From Octopus bimaculoides (lineage: Eukaryota), in contig NC_068999.1 of assembly GCF_001194135.2 (NCBI RefSeq), positions 25,536,930-25,600,929 on the forward strand: a stretch of 64,000 nt of DNA, given 5' to 3'. Position numbers and translations under genes: made by a program. Within the stretch, counting starts at the first letter, position 1. Each line of letters opens with the position of its first letter. Positions 1 through 14,065 of this stretch are shown here, in pieces. The notes under the pieces are model-generated. The model had not been told where the DNA came from and did no database searches. It saw only the letters and a list, made by a program, of their open reading frames with translations.

Positions 1-276
1 CCTGTGTTATATGGACTGTTAGATATGTAATTCGTCTGACGTTCCGTGTGTCATGTGGTTCGTCTGAGTTCATTGTTTCATTGTTGTTGTCTTGTGGGAC
101 TGTCGTAGTAAAATGTCATTGATATATATATGGCGGACATGACTTTTGTTTATTCATAACGAACATTGGGTGAGTGCGTTCTTTGTATGTAATTGAACAA
201 TAAATGTAATAATTAAATTGTATAACTCGTTATGTTATCTCTGCGAGTCATTGTCAATGGTCTGCTAGTGAGCAAC
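1..276 (+). mobile_element. Possible LTR-like 3' end (window edge)
   Basis: CpG-richer than flanks, AATAAA near 199, ends where PLE homology begins; no TSD can be checked. Confidence 0.25.
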
Positions 277-716
277 CCCCTTAGTTGTCAGCTAACATCT
301 TGTTTTAAGTTTTCCTTGACCAAACCTCATGATATTGCTTCTAATAAATCTTGATTTTTATGACTATACCAGCTATGATTTCTGCCTGCTCTCTCAGCCC
401 TACTCATAACAGATACTACCCTTTATTCTCTCAGCCTTAGATATACAAGGATTTGATAAACTAGTCTATAAATTAAAATTGACCCCATAAAACAAATAAA
501 ATCAGTGACAGGCTGAGTCTTCTTGATAATTTAGTAACTTCTATGCTGTAGTAGAGGCAACATGTTCTTTGTTTATCTCCTTAACTTCTTGGAGATTTTA
601 GGTATAATTATACTAATGTGTCCATCTGTTCTAATTTAATTAAATTCTATGTCTTTGTGCAGCTGAGGATTGCTCTGCATTTTAAATTGATATAATGATT
701 GATGTAATGTAGCAGT
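277..716 (-). repeat. Non-coding pLTR-like segment duplicated at 3541-4030
   Basis: Colinear diverged homology to 3541-4030 (e.g. gatatacaa.gatttgataaac.ag.ctataaattaaaa; gcagctgaggat.gctctgcattt). Confidence 0.75.
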
Positions 717-2165
717 GTTTCTACAGCTGGATGCTCTTCCTAACGCCAACCACTCCAAAAGTGTAGTGAGTGCTTTTTTTTACATGCCACTGGCACTCAG
801 GTCAGAGGGGGCTGGCATCGACCACGATTGGATGGTGCTTTTTATGTGCCAACAGCACAGAAGCCAGTCAAGGCAGTGCTGGCATCAGCCACATTTGGAT
901 GGTGGTTTTTACATGCCACCAGCACGGGGATCACAACTACAATTTCTATTTGATTCTGATTTGATTTGATTTTGATGTACTTGACTCAATAGGTCTCCTC
1001 AAGCACAGTATATCTCCAGAGGTTTCAGTCTTTCATCATTGCTTCTGTGAGGCCCAACGTTCAAAGGTCATATTTCACCACCTCATCCTATGTCTTCCTG
1101 GGTCTCCCTCTACCCCGGATTCCTTCCACTGTTTGGGAGTGACACTTCTTTACACAGCTCTCCTCATCTATCCATAGTACATGACCATACCAACACAAAC
1201 GTCTCTCTTGCACGCCACATCCAATGCTTCTTATGTCCTGCGTTTCTCTCAGGGTGCTTACACTCTGTTGTCTGTGCACACTGACATTACNNNNNNNNNN
1301 CCAATGCTTCTTATGTCCTGCGTTTCTCTCAGGGTGCTTACACTCTGTTGTCTGTGCACACTGACATTACACATCCAGTGGATCATGCTAGCTTCATTTC
1401 TTTCAAGCCTATGAATGTCTTCAGCAGTCACAGCCCATGTTTCACTACCGTGAAGCATGGCAGTTCACACACATGCATCGTACAATCTACCTTTCACTCT
1501 GAGCAAGAGGCTCTTTGTCACCAGTAGGGGTAGAAGCTTTCTGAACTTTGCCCAGGTTGTTTTTATTCTAGTGGCAACACTCTCTGAGCATCCACCTCCA
1601 CTACAGACTTGGTCACCTAGGTAGCAGAAGCTATCAACTACTTCTAGTTTCTCCACCTGGTATGTGATGGAGTCTGTTTTCTAAGCATCTGTGGTGTTTA
1701 TTGCCCCTGTGTATCTGCCGCACACAAATGCTATCTTCCCAGTTAATCTTCCTTTGATGTTGCTACACCTCTTGTGTGTCCATAGCTTACACTGGGTACA
1801 TCTTATGGAGTTTTTACCTACACCTTTTCTACAGATCAAGCAGGGGTGTGTGATGTGTTTGCCCTCCTACTTACTAGAACTTTGGTCTTTGCGACATTGA
1901 CTCTAAGGCCCTTCAATTCTGAACCTTGCTTCTACACCTGAAATTTCTTCTCTAGTTCTGGTAGTGATTTTGCTATGAGGGCCAGGCCATCAACATAGAG
2001 GAGCTCCCAGGGGCAACCTGTCTTGAATTCCCCTGTTATTGTCTGAAGGACTATGATGAATAAGAGGGGGGTGAGAACTGACCCTCGGTGGACCCCTACT
2101 TCTACCCAGAATTCTTCACTATACTCATTGCCAACTCTAACCTTACTAACGGCATCTCTGTATAG
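717..2165 (-). mobile_element. 5'-truncated RTE-clade LINE inserted into the Penelope-like element
   Basis: GVHRGSVLTPLLFIIV..WELLYVDGLALIA (RT, decayed YADD); FCYLGD..RIKTTW; MLHGSETW; RRLCWYGHV..GRGRPRKT; 3' UTR matches RTE tails elsewhere in window. Confidence 0.93.
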
Positions 2166-3540
2166 GGCCTTATTAGGCATATCTGTAGTCCCTGTGCTAG
2201 TATAAGCCTCAGAGCCACAGTCTATATTGTATATATTAGAAATATTAGTACCACAGCTTCTATTTTCTGTCACCATTAATATTATTATTCACATTGTAGG
2301 GGTTTAAGTTAGTGTTGAAAGTAACATTATTATTACCACCTCTTGCTAATTTAATATTCTTTCTATTTAACCTTGCTATGGTGGTACCCATATTGGAGAG
2401 AGTAGAATATGAGATTCTAACTGTCTTAAATGAAAAAATTCTGTTATATCTATGGGAAGCAGGGAAGTTTTTTTTCTAAAATTGTCATAAATTTCCTATA
2501 CATGTTTATGGATATGGCACAGTTGAAGGGAACATTATACCAGATCAAGCCCTTATTTTCAGACTTATGATGCATGTAAGGATGGAATCTACCTGTTCTC
2601 TCAACGCCTCTCAAAATCGTGACTTGATTATTAGATATGTCTCTATTCCCAGTATTTTTCTTATTCTTATAGGATAGAGCTACCTGTCCATTCCCTTCAC
2701 TAGCCTTATTATCTAAACTAAAATTCCTACTTGTTATAGCATCTAATTTCCTGTTGTTACTTATTTTTTTATTTAAATTGATGGGTTTGCTGGATGCTTT
2801 CCGAGTTGGTCTGTTTTCCCAACCAAGTAAGTTTGTAATCCCTCTATCACATAAAATCTCATTATTTTCAATATAATTAGGTGCTATACTTTCAGGACTA
2901 AAAAAAGTAATTTCCTTGTCATATCTTGCCTTAGACAAAGCAAATGGGTATTAAAAATGTCTTTATTCACTGATAATTTCGTAATTCTCTTAGAAATACT
3001 TTTAACAACTGATTTTAGCACATTAGCGGGTGATTTGATAATTTGTTCATGTACCTTGTAATTTCACTTGGTTTCCTATAGGGGTGGTATAATCCTGAGT
3101 TAATGTCTAATGAAGTGTCTAAGAAACTTTCCACCTTTGTGCCATATTCAAATGTAATACCTAAGTTGAAGCTTTTAAAAAATGTTCTAATTCTCTTCCT
3201 CATTCTTTCTATGACTGAGTTATTGTTGCTAGGGATAATGAATAGAACATCATCTCAATATAAACATATATATATATATATGTGTAAATATTTTAGTATA
3301 TGAATAAATATTAAACTAATTCTATGTAATTTCTTTTCTCCCCTTATTGTTGTAAATTTTGGTATATACTCAAAAGTATTCAAAAATTTATCCTTTTGGT
3401 TATAATATTCTTAATATTTTTCTTGATAACCCTAAATTTTATCTTTATACAATATAACAATATTGTTTAAATCATTCAACTATAGTACCCCATATTAAAA
3501 TTTCCCCTGTATTATCATCATTGGTTTTATTAGAGTCTTG
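2166..3540 (-). mobile_element. Penelope-like retroelement relic: RT core, thumb and linker
   Basis: LY*DDVL (decayed YRDD) about 3248-3265; KVESFLDTSLDINSGLYHPYRKP..SNHP (3015-3203); IWYNVPFN..KFMTILEKKLP and HRYNRIFSFKTVRISYS (2350-2560). Confidence 0.85.
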
Positions 3541-4030
3541 CCCCTTTAACTGGTAACTAACATCTAGATTTAAGATCTTCCTTTACCAAACTTCAGTTAC
3601 TTTATACTACTTCAAATTAATCTTGACAAGTTTTATGACTATACCCACTATGATTCTGTCAACTCCCTCAGGCCCTTTCCTAACAGACAATGCTCTTTGG
3701 TCTTACATTTTGATATACAAAGATTTGATAAACAAGACTATAAATTAAAACCAACCCAAAAATCAGTGACAAATTAGATCTCTAACAAGTTTTTACCTGA
3801 TGTCTTAGTAGCTTCTAAGCTGAAGTGAATACATCATGGACTTTGTCTGTCTTCTTACCCTCTTAGAGGATTTAGGTAAAATTATACAAATGTGTCCGAC
3901 TGATTAAATTAATTCTATTTATTTATTTATTTATTGATGCAGCTGAGGATAGCTCTGCATTTAAATTGATGTAAAAAGCGAGCAGGATAGCTGAGGATAG
4001 CTCTGCATTTAAACTGATGTAAAAGTTAAA
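3541..4030 (-). repeat. Non-coding pLTR-like segment (second copy) with internal ~50-bp tandem duplication
   Basis: Homologous to 277-716; agctgaggatagctctgcatttaaa.tgatgtaaaa occurs twice (about 3941-3976 and 3989-4024). Confidence 0.75.
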
Positions 4031-4277
4031 TTAAAAATTAAAAAAACTAGAGGAACCAACTAGAGTAGGGTGAAATCAAAATTATCAAACTCTCAAAAAC
4101 CACTAAACCATCTAATAAATCACTTATAATAGACAACCTTATTTAAAATTTTTAAACATGCATTTATTCTTATGAACATAGAAAAAACCCCTTTCAGATT
4201 TAGAGTTTAGCAGCTTTCTTCTAGAAAATAGAATCAAAACTAATTCCTCAGAACAATCCTATAAGCCAGGGCTGTCC

Positions 4278-4592
4278 CTAGAATACTCCATTCAATAAAG
4301 TATGTTTTGTTATTATCTTTAAGATTCCAGATGAAATTACTAAGACTTGTAGAAGAACCCTATTTCTGTTCCTAAAGGAATGGTAATGATTCGAAACCCT
4401 TTTCTTAATATAAGTGGAACTAATATAAAAGTAATCATTACCTTCAGAAATAACTTTAGCTTGATAGACGACTTCCCTACGCTTACAAAAATTACCAAAT
4501 AAACAATTTTCTTTGTTACTACTATCAGAAAGGGAATTCTTTCCCCTGTTTTCATCTTCATCAATTGAATTATCATTAAGTGAAAGGCTATT
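4278..4592 (-). mobile_element. Penelope-like GIY-YIG endonuclease fragment (upstream pLTR part)
   Basis: NKENCLFGNFCKRREVVYQAKVISEGNDYFYISSTYIKKRVSNHYHSFRN; 5' side runs into gap. Confidence 0.8.
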
Positions 4593-5043
4593 NNNNNNNN
4601 NNNNNNNNNNNNNNNNNNNNNNNNNNNNNNNNNNNNNNNNNNNNNNNNNNNNNNNNNNNNNNNNNNNNNNNNNNNNNNNNNNNNNNNNNNNNNNNNNNNN
4701 NNNNNNNNNNNNNNNNNNNNNNNNNNNNNNNNNNNNNNNNNNNNNNNNNNNNNNNNNNNNNNNNNNNNNNNNNNNNNNNNNNNNNNNNNNNNNNNNNNNN
4801 NNNNNNNNNNNNNNNNNNNNNNNNNNNNNNNNNNNNNNNNNNNNNNNNNNNNNNNNNNNNNNNNNNNNNNNNNNNNNNNNNNNNNNNNNNNNNNNNNNNN
4901 NNNNNNNNNNNNNNNNNNNNNNNNNNNNNNNNNNNNNNNNNNNNNNNNNNNNNNNNNNNNNNNNNNNNNNNNNNNNNNNNNNNNNNNNNNNNNNNNNNNN
5001 NNNNNNNNNNNTATATGTGCATGTGTGTGTGCACTTGTATACT

Positions 5044-5086
<43 letters not shown>

Positions 5087-5183
5087 TTATATGTGTGTGT
5101 GTGTACATGCTTACTCCACTTCCAGTGACAACTTGCATTGGTCTCTATTCTGGCTGAGAGGCAAGAAGTTAAGATGGGGATAT

Positions 5184-5383
5184 ATTGGTTTCAAGTTTTG
5201 GCACAAGGCCAGCAGTTTCAGGAGAGAGAGTAAGTTGATTACATCAACCCCAGTATCCAACTGGTACTCATTTTATTGAAAGGCAAAGTTGACCTCAGTG
5301 GAATTTGAACTCAAAATGTGAAAACAAATGAAATACCACGTAGCATTTGCTCTGCATGCTAACAATTCTGCCAGCTCACCACC
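5184..5383 (-). mobile_element. tRNA-derived SINE (family B) with 15-bp TSD
   Basis: On minus strand A-box tggcagaattgtt and B-box gagttcaaattcc; TSD ttaagatgggRatat at 5169-5183 and 5384-5398. Confidence 0.9.
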
Positions 5384-5917
5384 TTAAGATGGGAATATGT
5401 TATCATTAAAGTCTATGAAGTTTGGATTTTTGTAGAAATAAAATCAAGTTCCTTTTGCTTGAACACATAGACTTCTGTCACAATAAATGAAGAATCATGT
5501 TTGAAAAACAATTACTTTACATAAGTTCACATTAGTATTTAATTTGAAACATGAAAGAAATCTAGGAATAGTTGACATTTAGAATGTAACATTCCATCAT
5601 TTAGAGTTTGCAGTTTTGAAATTTGTTCAGCCCATTGCATAATGCATTTTGGAGGTAAAGTATTTATTCCACATGTTTCTGGAATATTTTTATTCAGAAT
5701 TAGGCCAAGAAATAAGCAATAAATTACTTGACAAGCATCATGTAGAGATTTGTAAAGCCTCTTGCTTATTTGGCTCTTTCTTAATTGGGATCATCACAGT
5801 CCTTTTTACAACTTAACATGTAGTTTATCTAGGACAACGTTATTGTCTGTGTCCTCCCCTTTTGAAAGCATTATAGTGTGCATTGACAGAGATTTATTTG
5901 CCTGTTATTTTTGTTAG

Positions 5918-6007
5918 GTCAAGAAAGACCTGCAAGAAATAGCAGACACCTCTTATCAAATTCCTCCAGCAGACTGGCAGCCACAGTTAGCATTTAACAT
6001 AGTCTAG
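5918..6007 (+). CDS. Candidate terminal coding exon of an unidentified upstream gene
   Basis: Pyrimidine tract plus ttttgttag acceptor, then VKKDLQEIADTSYQIPPADWQPQLAFNIV* with GC content above flanks; no family recognised. Confidence 0.35.
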   Translation, partial: VKKDLQEIADTSYQIPPADWQPQLAFNIV

Positions 6008-7119
6008 TATCACATTGAAATTTTTCTGTATTTATGACTTTGAGCAACCACAGAATATGAATGGTAATAAGCTATATCATAAGTGGTTAAAATTTTAACT
6101 ATAAAGTGTGTGTGTGTGTGTGCACTAGCATAGATATAGAAGGATTTCACTGTAATACTGGACTGTTAGACAAAAATGGGAGTAGTTTATCTACTTATGT
6201 AACTGTTACATTACGCGCCATTCTCATGGTAAGGTCTACTTTTTTTCTCTTCGATTGCAGTTGTATACATCTAATCTGTGTGTGTGTGTGTGTATATTCA
6301 CACAACACACACACACACACGCATATATATATACTCACACACACATCTATACATATATAGATATAAATATGTATATGCATGCACACGTGTGTGTGTGTGC
6401 TTGCATGCATATGCATGCAAGTGTGTATAGTAAGTCTCATAACCCATCATCATGAAGCGGTTCTTGAGAAATTCAGCTAACATTAGAAGGTTACACATCA
6501 TCCGGAGATAAGATGAGAGATATTCGGNNNNNNNNNNNNNNNNNNNNNNNNNNNNNNNNNNNNNNNNNNNNNNNNNNNNNNNNNNNNNNNNNNNNNNNNN
6601 NNNNNNNNNNNNNNNNNNNNNNNNNNNNNNNNNNNNNNNNNNNGGGGGGGGGGGGCTTTATTAAGACCCAAAAGCAAGAAATCAGAGTAAAATAAAGGAC
6701 CAAAAAGAACAAAAATTTTCCCTTTCTAGAACACTTGCAACTTCATGATTCCTCACATAAACAAATATTTCATCAATGCAATTAGACAGACTCTAGGAGA
6801 AAAAGAGCTAAACATGCAATTTACCAATGTAAGACTTTGTTTTAAAAGCTACTTGTACAAAAAGCAAGCTGCTAATTCCTACGGAATTTGCATACTGACA
6901 AATGGACTGATCAAAAATGTTGGCAGATTCTTTAGATCTCATGTAATGTACTTTATTGAATGTATGAAATGTATTACATACGCAGTATCTTCCACTTCAG
7001 AGAACACTGAAATGTAGCAGCTTTGTCCATTAAAGGTCATATTGACAGTTTCAGAACAGTGAAGTTATGATTTCTACCATAACATTCAATAATTTTATAT
7101 TAAAGAAGCAATATTTATT

Positions 7120-7316
7120 GTGTCTTAGGTGGAAACTGGCAGAATCATTAGCACACCAAGCAAAATGCTTTATATTCTGAGTTCAAATTCTGCTGAGGTC
7201 GAGTTTGCCTTTCATCATTTGAGGTTAATAAAATAAGTACCAGCTTAGCACCGGAGTTGATATAATCAAATTGCCCACTTTACTGAAAATACTGGTCTTG
7301 TTGTAAAATTTGTAAC
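7120..7316 (+). mobile_element. tRNA-derived SINE (family B) with 11-bp TSD
   Basis: ctggcagaatcattagc...gagttcaaattctgc; TSD caatatttatt at 7109-7119 and 7317-7327. Confidence 0.85.
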
Positions 7317-8099
7317 CAATATTTATTATATCTCTATAGTCATAGATTAACATTTGTGATGAGCTTCTTAACTGGAAACAAATTATTGCATGATTTCAAT
7401 ATCATGCACCTATCTTTGGCATGTTGTGTACCTATCTCAGCACATGTCATAACAGTTTTAATATTCATTGCAATTTGTTTCTCATTTCAACTTTTTTAGT
7501 TCATATTTACAGTTTGTTAAAGCTATACTATAAAATTAATTTATTCTTCTTGAACTCTGCATTTTTAATAATTATAATTAGGTACCGGATGAAGTGAGAA
7601 TAAGAAGCTTTTCTTTATTTTCTGAAAATACAACTAATACAATACATAAACATAATGTGTGNNNNNNNNNNATATATAGTATATAATATTATTATGGTAT
7701 ATTTATCCTCCTAAAACTTTGCATTCATGGCAGTACAGTAGTAAAAATGCCCATTGGTAGTAGATTTTTGAGACAGCATTTAGAAACATCTGTGGTGAAA
7801 TGCAGAATTACTTCACAGTTTTTTGATTGGTTAAACTTTGCTGCATTGCATAACATTCTGCAGCTAGATTCCACTCATCTCAACAGTACATTGTTTTATG
7901 TTTAGTATCTTCTTATGCTTAACTTTGCCCATATGTGGTTGGAAGCATGAGAACACAAATTCAGGTTAATTAAGAAATATTTGGATTATTGGCTTAAAAC
8001 TTCTTAGTCTTTTTTACTTTAATTATAATTTTGATATACATATATAACAAATATATGTATGCATATGTGTCTGTGTGTATGTGTATACACACACACACA

Positions 8100-8109
8100 T
8101 ATATATATG

Positions 8110-8188
<79 letters not shown>

Positions 8189-8867
8189 NNNNNNNNNNNN
8201 NNNNNNNNNNNNNNNNNNNNNNNNNNNNNNNNNNNNNNNNNNNNNNNNNNNNNNNNNNNNNNNNNNNNNNNNNNNNNNNNNNNNNNNNNNNNNNNNNNNN
8301 NNNNNNNNNNNNNNNNNNNNNNNNNNNNNNNNNNNNNNNNNNNNNNNNNNNNNNNNNNNNNNNNNNNNNNNNNNNNNNNNNNNNNNNNNNNNNNNNNNNN
8401 NNNNNNNNNNNNNNNNNNNNNNNNNNNNNNNNNNNNNNNNNNNNNNNNNNNNNNNNNNNNNNNNNNNNNNNNNNNNNNNNNNNNNNNNNNNNNNNNNNNN
8501 NNNNNNNNNNNNNNNNNNNNNNNNNNNNNNNNNNNNNNNNNNNNNNNNNNNNNNNNNNNNNNNNNNNNNNNNNNNNNNNNNNNNNNNNNNNNNNNNNNNN
8601 NNNNNNNNNNNNNNNNNNNNNNNNNNNNNNNNNNNNNNNNNNNNNNNNNNNNNNNNNNNNNNNNNNNNNNNNNNNNNNNNNNNNNNNNNNNNNNNNNNNN
8701 NNNNNNNNNNNNNNNNNNNNNNNNNNNNNNNNNNNNNNNNNNNNNNNNNNNNNNNNNNNNNNNNNNNNNNNNNNNNNNNNNNNNNNNNNNNNNNNNNNNN
8801 NNNNNNNNNNNNNNNNNNNNNNNNNNNNNNNNNNNNNNNNNNNNNNNNNNNNNNNNNNNNNNNNNNN

Positions 8868-8923
<56 letters not shown>
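8100..8923. repeat. (TA)n microsatellite spanning a 679-N gap
   Basis: TA runs on both sides of gap 8189-8867. Confidence 0.95.
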
Positions 8924-8929
<6 letters not shown>

Positions 8930-11365
8930 TTACATATTAATTGCAAAATTTGATATTTATATTAGTATATACATTTCTCTATTATTGTTTATGACATAGT
9001 CTTTTAAAACAGACATTCTGCAACAGAAAAAAGATTTGACAAAAGGAAAAAAGTGCTTAAAATTACCCAAATCACAGCTGTTAGCTTCATTATATCATAA
9101 TACTTTTAACTCCTCTATTATCTTTTAGCTTTGTTTTGAAAAGTGCTATACTGCAGACTTAATACCTAAGTTTTCATCTTTGCTTTATAATTTTAATGAC
9201 ATTTCATAACTTTATTATGCTTGTCTTCATTTTCATATGTAATAAAATTACCATACATAATAAAATTCTACTTCTAAGTACAACCGCAATTTTTCATTCA
9301 AAATTTTAAACTACATTGTATCTATTATGTTCGGTTGCAAAAGTTCAATGTACTACAGAATTTAATCACCACATATTTGATATCTGAATGGGAAAACATT
9401 CTAAAGAACAGAATGAATAATATAAAGAAATCTTCTTTCAAGAATATCTCAAATGTAGATTTTGAAGCACACCCCTCAGACAATTTATAAGTTGTTTCCT
9501 GTTAACCTCCAGTGTTGGTGAAATAAATAATCCCTGTAATTTCCTGTTTTCAAATTATGACTATAAGGGACTCTATGGCATTCATTATTAAATATTGGCT
9601 GCATAGAAGTGTAGATAAGTTATTCACTTTTCAATCATATTATTGCAGGTTCAAACACTACTGCAGAGAGAATTAATATTGAAGTTAAACTTCTAATATC
9701 AATAAAATCTAAGATCCGATTACACTGCTAACATAGGCTGCTATTCTATCATGTAAAGCCACTATGCTAAAAAGAATTAGGTAGTTCACTTCTTCCTAAT
9801 ATTTACTTCTATACATCTTCTAAATGGCAAAAATATGTTCTGAAAAGACATTGCAGAGATTTGAACTAGTAAAGGGAGGTACAGAAGTGGTATGAACAAT
9901 GTATATACTTCCCAAAATTCTTCCTTGTTTCTTCAGCAGTTACATTATTCAGCAGTTCCATTATAATACTAAAATACCATCCAATGCAGAAATAAATGAC
10001 ATCAGTTTGCATGTGAGTTCATTTATGTATGTCCCTCAGCATCAATGTATATGTGTATGTATGCTACGAAGTATGAGCATTGGTTTGCATATATAAAAAC
10101 TAATATGTGTCTTATGGTTTGGACATTAATCTAGAATTAAAGTTCAAACCAAGAGATTATGGACAGACTGGAACAGAAGAAGGAAATAAAATATAGGAAG
10201 CAGAAGTAAATGTAAATATCTGTGTTGTTAGTGTTATTATTTGCTATGAAGAATTTATATGAACATTAAGAAAGGAGACAGAAAGAATTGCCAAAGTATG
10301 ATACATAATTCATTTGTGTAACAACTCTTAAAATACAGGATATTTTGACACCCAACAGGATAACAAAGGAATTAACTTGACAAAATAGAAATGAAAGGTC
10401 ACGTATAAACACCAAATAACATTTCATTTCAGAGCCACTGATACAATATAGGAAAATAGATTAGAGACGGATCAACTGTAATTACATCTGCTCCAAGCAA
10501 ACCGTTTCCTTTTTCATTCTCACATGTTTATTTTTATAGCTGTTTCCTTTCTCTTCTTTCGTGATAAAGTAACGTATATTTTCCTTATTAATTTTCTTTT
10601 CTTTGGATATTGTACTTATTGCCTGGATGCCTATGTTGATAAACATGCCAATTCAATAATAACTTTAGGGTACTGGCTATTTCAATAAATTTTGATGGCA
10701 GGAATTGTCAAAGAAAAATTCATAAAAGAAAAAAATGAGCAAGCATAGATGCAACAGTTTTGATAAAAGGAAACTAATGATGAATGAAAGAGCTCTAGAG
10801 AAACATTTTTACCATTATTAACAGACAGTTACAGATTAATAGTAAAAATAATTTCAATATTTAGACAGAAAATTTAAATTGCCACAATTTATTACATAAA
10901 TGCAACGTCCAAGGATGCAGCACGACTGGATAGTTAAGAAGTTAGTTTTACAAACACAAGGTCCTGTGTTCAATCTCATGATGTGGTATCTTTTGGCATG
11001 TGCCTTTTATAGTTTCATGTCGATCAAGCCTTGGGAGTGGAATGGGATAGTTGGAAATTGTGTGAAATCCTCTCAGACAGATTTGATCTATAATTTAAGG
11101 TTCCCACTTTGTTACATACTGTTATGCTGAGTCTGCTTAGGAAATACATTAAGAAGTCCACATGTCTACAGACTGCTTAATCTCTTGCTAATTCACTGAG
11201 CAGGGAGTCAGTTAATGAAACAACTGTAAGCTCATCATCAAAACTGATGGAAAGCCATTTTACTTTGAAAGTATCTACTTCATATTTCAACAATTTTACC
11301 AATCCACCCTTCTGAATGGAAAAAATGTATAAAATTGAATCAGCACAGTGTATTTCTAATACTAT

Positions 11366-11405
<40 letters not shown>

Positions 11406-12628
11406 TGTGTGTGTACACATACATATATACTTATATACACACATACACACATATATTCTTTTACTTGTTTCAGTCATTTAACTGTAGCCATGCTGGAGCA
11501 CCCCCCTTTATATATATATATATCACAGTACCAGAAACATACTGTGTTGCACACATGCACACCAGAGACAGACAGAGACAGGAGGCAAAGAAAGCAATAT
11601 CAACTTTGGCAAAACTTGAACCCAGTACACTGAAGCATAGCCAAATTGTCTCCCCTACCCTAAGTTGAATAACAATTATGATGTAATGATTAACAGACTA
11701 TTTGCTAGTAATTATCAACAACAACAAAAGCACAATGAACTTATATAGCAAATGTTACTTCAAAAGTAATAGATATCTTTATTAATAGTTTGTCTGAGTC
11801 AGTTAGTTGGTATAAACAGGAACCACCTACACAATATTCAACAGAGAAACGGCAGCCTGGAAATATATTAGTACTAACATAACATTCTGCTAGCTTAGCC
11901 TTGCTAGAAATAACTTGTCTGTAGAATTGTGAGACGAAATGGCAGACCAACGAATAGGGTGTAATGTTTATAGCTTTCAAAGGAAGGGTGGGAGGGATAT
12001 AGAGAACAAAAAGGGGCAGGAGTAGGTGAAGGGTAATAGTTTTTTGGTTTTTTTTCATTTGGTAAGTAGAAAATATGAGTGCCTAAATCCACATGGGTTG
12101 TTACAACATGTTTTCCATGCTCACATGTCTGACTTACCATACCTAAGTTCAACCCACATATCACACTCTACATCACCTTAACCCTGTCCCACTTTCTCAT
12201 CAGAATCTTACCCCACACACTAGCTTACAGTTATCCAGGAGGCAGCATTGAGTTTCACTAAAATTGCTATACTTTCCCCTTACCAGATTCTTCCTCTCTT
12301 GAATACACAAGTTAAGGGGGTGGGGAGAAAGAAGTAAAACTACTGGAAATTATGTATGTGAGCTAGATGAACTTGAATGTGAGCTTCCACATCTGGGTGT
12401 TGTCCATTCTATGACAGAACAGCTGCTGAGATGGCTACAAAAAAAAAAACAAAAAAAAAAAACACTTGTGGCTCGCTCAAACTTGTTAGCTAATAAAGTA
12501 GACAATTTTTTTTCAAATGGTAAACTATATATAAACACAGATGCAAACACAAACATACTTCTACACAGACACCTAAATATGTACCTCTATATGTATGTGT
12601 GTGCACATATATGTAGGGTATGTATGTG

Positions 12629-12666
<38 letters not shown>

Positions 12667-12785
12667 TGAAAGTGAAGCTGACAAATGTATTTGTTTTCAT
12701 GTATGTCTATATCTGTCACNNNNNNNNNNATATCTGTCACCACGGTTGTTAAGTGGTGGTTGTCTATCAATGCATTTGTTTATGT

Positions 12786-12832
<47 letters not shown>

Positions 12833-14065
12833 GTCTCAAATACCTTTGCATACACACACACAGATGAATTCCTGTAATATATCTATATACAAAGGTATGT
12901 GTATTTGATCTGAGGAGTGCATGTGGCTCCAGTGATTTTGCACTGCTGTTGATACTGATGCAGGATTACATAGCACCATGAACGTCTTCCTTATTGTTAA
13001 TGAGAATCTTCTATCGTAGCTAGTAATGTTGGGGCAAGGAGAAGATTAATATTGTTCAGCTCATAACTCACTTGCTTCCATAATTGCTTTCAAGAGTTTC
13101 ACTACACAGTAATTTCTATACATTCTGCAAAGAACAGGAACCCACTTCTTAAATATATTTTTGTAGGTGAGAGAGAAAAGGTTAGGTAGAGAGAGAGAAG
13201 TGCTAGAAATAGAAACAGAGAGGGAGGAAGTGTGTGTGGTCAAGACATTGCAATAACATTACCACCTTCAGATTATTGAGAAAAATTAAATCAATTTGGT
13301 GCATGTGTAAAGTTTACAATATTTTGTATATAGTTACAAAAAAATAGTGTATGCTGATGATGAGGGAAGGGGTATATGTATAGTGTGCAGTACTGCTCTT
13401 AGCCAATGACAATAAATTTGTGAAAAACAGTATCTTCTTTCTCAGGTTTCAAAAATAATATCATTTTCTTATGTTGTGCTTTTTCTTCTATGTTTAAGAT
13501 ATTTCACAATTTCTTTACGGTAGCTATTTGGCAATGCATCATCCCAATTTGGGACATACATTTTCTGTGTATCAATACCTTGGTACTGGTTACTGTGTAA
13601 GGGTTTTGAGATGTGACTGGAAGATGTCAGAAAAATATGTTGTCAACATTATTTCTCAAAATCAAGACCACATGTTTCAAACTTGTTAGTAATGGGGCTT
13701 GGTTAATGTAAAGAAGACTCTCTTTTTTTTTTTTGCTTAGAGATATTTTAGCAAAAAACAAGAGCACAACTGTTTCATAGCTTTTTAATATTCCAGTATT
13801 TCTTGTTAATTATGCATTAGGAAATGTAATAATACTTTTCTTAAATTATGCCTCTGAAATTGCGCAGCATATGTATATATATTTCAATTAGGTATTACAA
13901 GACTAATAACTTAGTGTAGAAGTCAACATACATACACTTCAGAACAGTGTTAGTCGAGTACAGGGTGGTAATAAGAAGATGGGATGACGAAGGAGTAAAC
14001 AATTATCTTATGAACTTCATTAGCTCATATGATAATCATTTATTCCTTTGTCATCTCACCTTCTT

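Noticed and set aside
1221-1370. Exact 70-bp tandem duplication in the RTE
   Set aside because: The copies sit on either side of a 10-N gap, the pattern of an unmerged contig overlap; the same is seen around 12710-12740
11177-11330. Minus-strand exon-like KGGLVKLLKYEVDTFKVKWLSISFDDELTVVSLTDSLLSELARD
   Set aside because: No recognisable family and no compatible neighbouring exons; the ORF opens in a (CA)n tract
9899-13596. Signal-peptide exon candidates (9899-10012 MYILPKILPCFF..., 13490-13594 MFKIFHNFF..., 13534-13596 MHHPNLG...)
   Set aside because: Each has either a weak donor or no proper hydrophobic core and cleavage site; none can be supported without transcripts
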